Assembly (NCBI GenBank): GCA_018261895.1
Contig: JAGTRT010000005.1
Coordinates: 18,353-82,352 of the forward strand
DNA length: 64,000 nt
DNA from: Pseudomonadota bacterium
GTDB taxonomy: Bacteria > Pseudomonadota > Gammaproteobacteria > Burkholderiales > Rhodocyclaceae
Direction of reading: 5' to 3'
The notes under the pieces are model-generated. The model was not told where the DNA came from. It did no database searches and was given only the letters and a program-made list of their open reading frames with translations. Both the position numbers and the translations under genes were made by a program. Shown here one piece after another: positions 60,427 to 64,000 of this stretch. The stretch's first letter is position 1. Every line of letters starts with the position of its first letter.

Positions 60427-60896
60427 TGGAGCAGGGCTTTCTGAAGGTTGGCCATTTCGACGGCAGCCTGGGCGCAGTCGCTGCCCTTCGGCTGGGTGCG
60501 GACTTCGGCCTGCTCGTCGGTGTCGCAGGTCAGGATGCCGTTGGCGATGGGCACGCCGGTGTGGAGCTGGACTTCCATGATGGCGCGGCAGGCATCGTTG
60601 GAGACGACCTCGAAGTGATAGGTGTCGCCGCGGATGACGGCGCCGAGGGCGATCAGGGCATCGAAGCAGCCGCTCTGCGCCATGGTTTGCAGGACGAGCG
60701 GGATTTCCAGCGCGCCGGGCACGTTGGCGATGGTCATGTTGGCATCGTCAACGCCGAGGCGCTTCAGTTCATTGACGCAGGACGAAAGCAGGGCTTCGCA
60801 GACGGGCAGGTTGAAGCGGCTCATGACGATGCCGACCTTGAGGCCGGCGCCGTTCAGGTTGTTGTCGTATTCAAAGATGTTGTCGAAACGGGACAT
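60423..60896 (-). CDS. ribH: 6,7-dimethyl-8-ribityllumazine synthase
   Basis: [20 protein letters not shown]. Confidence 0.95.
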   Translation of the reverse strand: MSRFDNIFEYDNNLNGAGLKVGIVMSRFNLPVCEALLSSCVNELKRLGVDDANMTIANVPGALEIPLVLQTMAQSGCFDALIALGAVIRGDTYHFEVVSNDACRAIMEVQLHTGVPIANGILTCDTDEQAEVRTQPKGSDCAQAAVEMANLQKALLQ

Positions 60897-60899
60897 GGA

Positions 60900-62009
60900 T
60901 CAAAGCTCCGCTGGTGTCGTGACGAAACCGGTGACTTCGAGGCTGAAACCGGTCATGGAGGGCATCTTGCGCGGGCTGGAGAGCAGGCGCATCTTGGTGA
61001 CGCCGAGATCGCGCAGGATCTGGGCGCCGATGCCGTAGGTGCGCGGGTCCCACTTTTGCGGGGCGCTGGGGGCGGTGCCGGTCAGGCGGGCGAGCAGGGC
61101 TTCGCCGTCTTCCGGACGGTGCATGAGGACGATGACGCCGTGGCCGAACTTGGCCAGCGCGGCCTGGGCCTGTTCGATGGAGAAGGACTGGCGCTTGCTC
61201 GACGGGTCGAGGAAGTCGAGGACGGACAGCGGCTCATGGACGCGGACCAGCGTTTCGCCGCCGGCCGGGATGGTGCCCTTGACCAGGGCCAGATGGGTCG
61301 CGCCGCTGGCCTGATCGACGTAGGCGTGCATCTCGAAATCGCCGTGGGCCGTGCTGATGGTCTTGGTGGTGACGCGATCGACGAGTTTTTCCGAGGCGGC
61401 GCGGTAGTGAATGAGGTCGGCGATGGTGCCGATCTTCAGGCCGTGATGCCGGGCAAATTCCATGAGCTCGGGCAGGCGGGCCATGGTGCCGTCGTCGTTC
61501 ATTATTTCGCAGATGACCGAGGCCGGTTCCAGACCGGCCATGCCGGCCAGGTCGCAGCCGGCTTCGGTGTGGCCGGCGCGGACCAGCACGCCGCCTTCGC
61601 GGGCGGTGATCGGGAAGACGTGGCCGGGTTGCACGATGTCGGCTGCGGTGGCGTTCTTGGCGACGGCGACCTGGATGGTCTTCGCCCGGTCGGCGGCCGA
61701 GATGCCGGTGGTGACGCCTTCGGCCGCTTCGATGGAGACGGTGAAGGCGGTGCCGTAGACAGTGCCGTTGTTGCGCGCCATCTGGACGAGGCCGAGTTTC
61801 TTGCAGCGCGCTTCGGTCAGCGTCAGGCAGACCAGGCCACGGCCAAATTTGGCCATGAAATTGATGGCGTCGGGCGTGATGTGTTCGGCGGCCATGACGA
61901 GGTCGCCCTCGTTTTCGCGGTCTTCTTCATCGACCAGGATGACCATACGACCGGCCTTGAGTTCGGCGACGATCTCGGCGGTGCTGGCTATGGCGGGATG
62001 GGGGGGCAT
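60900..62009 (-). CDS. ribB: DHBP synthase fused to a degenerate GTP cyclohydrolase II-like domain (RibBX-type)
   Basis: [23 protein letters not shown]; the C-terminal domain has VRVHEPLS and lacks the zinc-binding cysteines. Confidence 0.9.
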   Translation of the reverse strand: MPPHPAIASTAEIVAELKAGRMVILVDEEDRENEGDLVMAAEHITPDAINFMAKFGRGLVCLTLTEARCKKLGLVQMARNNGTVYGTAFTVSIEAAEGVTTGISAADRAKTIQVAVAKNATAADIVQPGHVFPITAREGGVLVRAGHTEAGCDLAGMAGLEPASVICEIMNDDGTMARLPELMEFARHHGLKIGTIADLIHYRAASEKLVDRVTTKTISTAHGDFEMHAYVDQASGATHLALVKGTIPAGGETLVRVHEPLSVLDFLDPSSKRQSFSIEQAQAALAKFGHGVIVLMHRPEDGEALLARLTGTAPSAPQKWDPRTYGIGAQILRDLGVTKMRLLSSPRKMPSMTGFSLEVTGFVTTPAEL

Positions 62010-62098
62010 TGGGTATCCGGGAACAGCAAAAGGGGGGTGCTATTTTCGCAGAAACAGGGGATTAGCGTGCGACTTTAGTGCGGCGGTAGCGCTGAAAA

Positions 62099-62656
62099 TC
62101 AGGGCAGATAGGCTTCGACCTGGATGCGCAGCCGGACTTCGTCGCCGATGAAGGGCACACCGTTGCTCAGGCCGAATTCGGAGCGTTTCAGCACGCCGAC
62201 GGCATCGGCGCCGCAACCGCGCTTGCGGCTGGCCAGGTTGAGGCCGCATTTGAAGCGGGTGACTTCGAGGCGCATCGGCCGGATTTCGCCGAGCATGACG
62301 AGCGAACCGTCGACGGCGCTCAGCTTGTCGTCGGTGAAGATCAGTTTCTGGCTGCGAAAGAAAATGTAGGGGTAGTCCTTGGCCTTGAACCAATCGTCGC
62401 CCCGCAGCACGTTGTCACGCAGCTCAAAACCGGTGTCGAGCGAGGCGGTTTCGATGCTGATGTCGATGCGACCGGTTTTGGCCGCGGGATCGAATTCGAC
62501 CACGCCGCTGCTCTGGTTGAACTGGCCGCGTTGCGTCGAAAAGCCGAGATGATCGATCTCGAAGCTGGCGTAGGTGTGCGTCGGATCGACAACGTACTCG
62601 GCGCCCTGGGCCGGGGCGAGCAGCGTGGCAAAAATCAGGGCGATGATGCGTTTCAT
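62099..62656 (-). CDS. YceI-family periplasmic protein
   Basis: Signal peptide, Y.VDPTHT...F.IDHLGFS..G.F. Confidence 0.88.
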   Translation of the reverse strand: MKRIIALIFATLLAPAQGAEYVVDPTHTYASFEIDHLGFSTQRGQFNQSSGVVEFDPAAKTGRIDISIETASLDTGFELRDNVLRGDDWFKAKDYPYIFFRSQKLIFTDDKLSAVDGSLVMLGEIRPMRLEVTRFKCGLNLASRKRGCGADAVGVLKRSEFGLSNGVPFIGDEVRLRIQVEAYLP

Positions 62657-62666
62657 GGTGAATCCC

Positions 62667-62700
62667 ACGGTCAACCGGAAAAAACGGCCAAAATTGAAAT
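62667..62700 (+). repeat. Dispersed 34-bp motif, copy 8 (intergenic, between divergent genes)
   Basis: ACGGTCAACCGG AAAAAA CGGCC AAAATT GAAAT. Confidence 0.9.
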
Positions 62701-62765
62701 GTCGCTAGCGTTCTGACTATGCCGCGCACGAGCCGTTCCCGTCATTTCGAGTAAGATCGCTGCCC

Positions 62766-64000
62766 ATGCGTCATGCCCTTCTTTTTTCCGTCTTCGTCAT
62801 CGCCTCCTGCGGGCTGGCCTACGAGCTGATCGCCGGCGCGCTGTCGTCGTATCTGCTCGGCGATTCGGTGACCCAGTTCTCGACGGTGATCGGCACCTAC
62901 CTGTTCGCCATGGGCGCCGGTTCTTGGCTGTCGAAATACATCACGCGCGACCTGATCGGGCGCTTCATCCAGATCGAACTCATGGTCGGGCTGCTCGGCG
63001 GCTTCTCGGCCATCGGGCTCTTCCTCGTTTTCGTCTGGCTGGGCGGACCGTTCAAGCTCGTGCTCTACCTCGCCGTGTTCGGCGTCGGCGTCCTCGTCGG
63101 GCTGGAAATCCCGCTGGTCATGCGCATCCTGAAGCGCGAACTGGCCTTCAAGGACCTCGTGTCGCAAGTGCTCACTTTCGATTATCTCGGCGCCCTGGCG
63201 GTCTCCATCCTCTTCCCGCTGGTGTTGGCGCCGCAAATCGGCATGGTCCGCACGGGGCTGCTGTTCGGTCTGCTCAACGTCGCCGTGGCGCTCTGGGCGC
63301 TGCATCTTTTCCGCGATCAACTGCCGTCGCGGCGCTGGCTGGCCGTGCAAAGCTGGTCGGTCTTCGCCGTGCTCGTCGGCGGCTTCGCCGGGGCCGGGCA
63401 ACTGACGAGCATGGCCGAAACGCACCTCTACGCCGACGACATCATCCACGCCGAAACGACACCCTATCAGCGCCTTGTCGTGACGCGCTGGCGCGACGAC
63501 CTGCGCCTGTTCATCAACAACAACCTGCAGTTCTCGTCGCACGACGAATACCGCTACCACGAAGCGCTGGTGCATCCCGGACTGGCCAGCCTGCCCGGGG
63601 CGAAACGGGTGCTCGTGCTGGGCGGCGGCGATGGACTGGCCGTGCGCGAAATCCTCAAGTATCCGAACGTCGAGGCGGTAACGCTGGTCGATCTCGATCC
63701 GGCGATGACCCATCTGTTCTCAACGGCGCCGGCCCTGGTCGCGCTCAACCAGGGCGCGCTGAGCTCGCCCAAGGTCACCGTGGTCAACGCCGATGCCCTG
63801 CAATGGTTGGAAGAGAGCCGCGAGTATTTCGACTTCGTCGTCGTCGATTTCCCCGATCCAAGCAATTTCGCCCTCGGCAAGCTCTACACCTCGGCGTTCT
63901 ACCGGCTGCTCGAAAAGCGCCTGTCGGCCAACGGCCGCATCGTGGTGCAGTCGACCTCGCCGCTGCACGCCCGGCAATCCTTCTGGTGCGTCGTCGCCAC
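62766..64000 (+). CDS. Membrane-fused polyamine aminopropyltransferase (spermidine synthase-like), 3' truncated
   Basis: My translation: MRHALLFSVFVIASCGLAYELI..., TPYQR, DEYRYHEALVHP, VLVLGGGDGLAVRE, VDLDP, DFPDP. No stop before the window end, so it is absent from the ORF track. Confidence 0.9.
   Translation, partial: MRHALLFSVFVIASCGLAYELIAGALSSYLLGDSVTQFSTVIGTYLFAMGAGSWLSKYITRDLIGRFIQIELMVGLLGGFSAIGLFLVFVWLGGPFKLVLYLAVFGVGVLVGLEIPLVMRILKRELAFKDLVSQVLTFDYLGALAVSILFPLVLAPQIGMVRTGLLFGLLNVAVALWALHLFRDQLPSRRWLAVQSWSVFAVLVGGFAGAGQLTSMAETHLYADDIIHAETTPYQRLVVTRWRDDLRLFINNNLQFSSHDEYRYHEALVHPGLASLPGAKRVLVLGGGDGLAVREILKYPNVEAVTLVDLDPAMTHLFSTAPALVALNQGALSSPKVTVVNADALQWLEESREYFDFVVVDFPDPSNFALGKLYTSAFYRLLEKRLSANGRIVVQSTSPLHARQSFWCVVA

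Noticed and set aside
60900-61400. GTP cyclohydrolase II domain lacking the zinc cysteines, as a possible pseudogene or novelty
   Set aside because: It matches the known RibBX-type fusion common in Proteobacteria and the ORF is intact.
62010-62098. Possible FMN riboswitch upstream of ribB
   Set aside because: The gap is only about 90 bp and lacks the conserved RFN sequence blocks.
9852-62700. The 34-bp repeats as a CRISPR array, REP elements or MITEs
   Set aside because: Copies are kilobases apart in mixed orientation, five are inside genes, and there are no cas genes, long hairpins or terminal inverted repeats.

Overview
GC-rich betaproteobacterial chromosome segment (gene content suggests Rhodocyclales, Dechloromonas/Azonexus-like; inferred). 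In order it holds: (1-9.5 kb) an operon-like cluster of two TonB-dependent receptors, a NapH/MauN-like Fe-S membrane protein, a double-cubane-type HAD-family Fe-S protein with its ATP-dependent activator, a DsbD/CcdA-like membrane protein, cytochrome c' and an NrtS-like protein; ybaL, gluQ, clsB, ybhP; a complete pelABCDEFG operon; nadA, rhodanese, a CDF transporter; glnA with NtrC/sigma54 sites, an RND pair and ntrBC; birA, coaX; a DUF350-SPFH-DUF4178 cluster; gabD; tRNA-Arg(CCG); a hemerythrin-kinase/c-di-GMP signalling cluster; pgpA-thiL-nusB-ribH-ribB; yceI; and a membrane-fused spermidine synthase. The most striking unexplained signal is a dispersed, gap-free 34-bp motif, ACGGTCAACCGG-W6-N5-AAWWWY-RRAAW. 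It occurs 8 times in both orientations: 3 intergenic copies and 5 inside unrelated genes, in different frames. It has a palindromic core plus phased A/T tracts, like a DNA-uptake sequence or a chromosome-organising protein site. No CRISPR array, integrase or transposase was seen.
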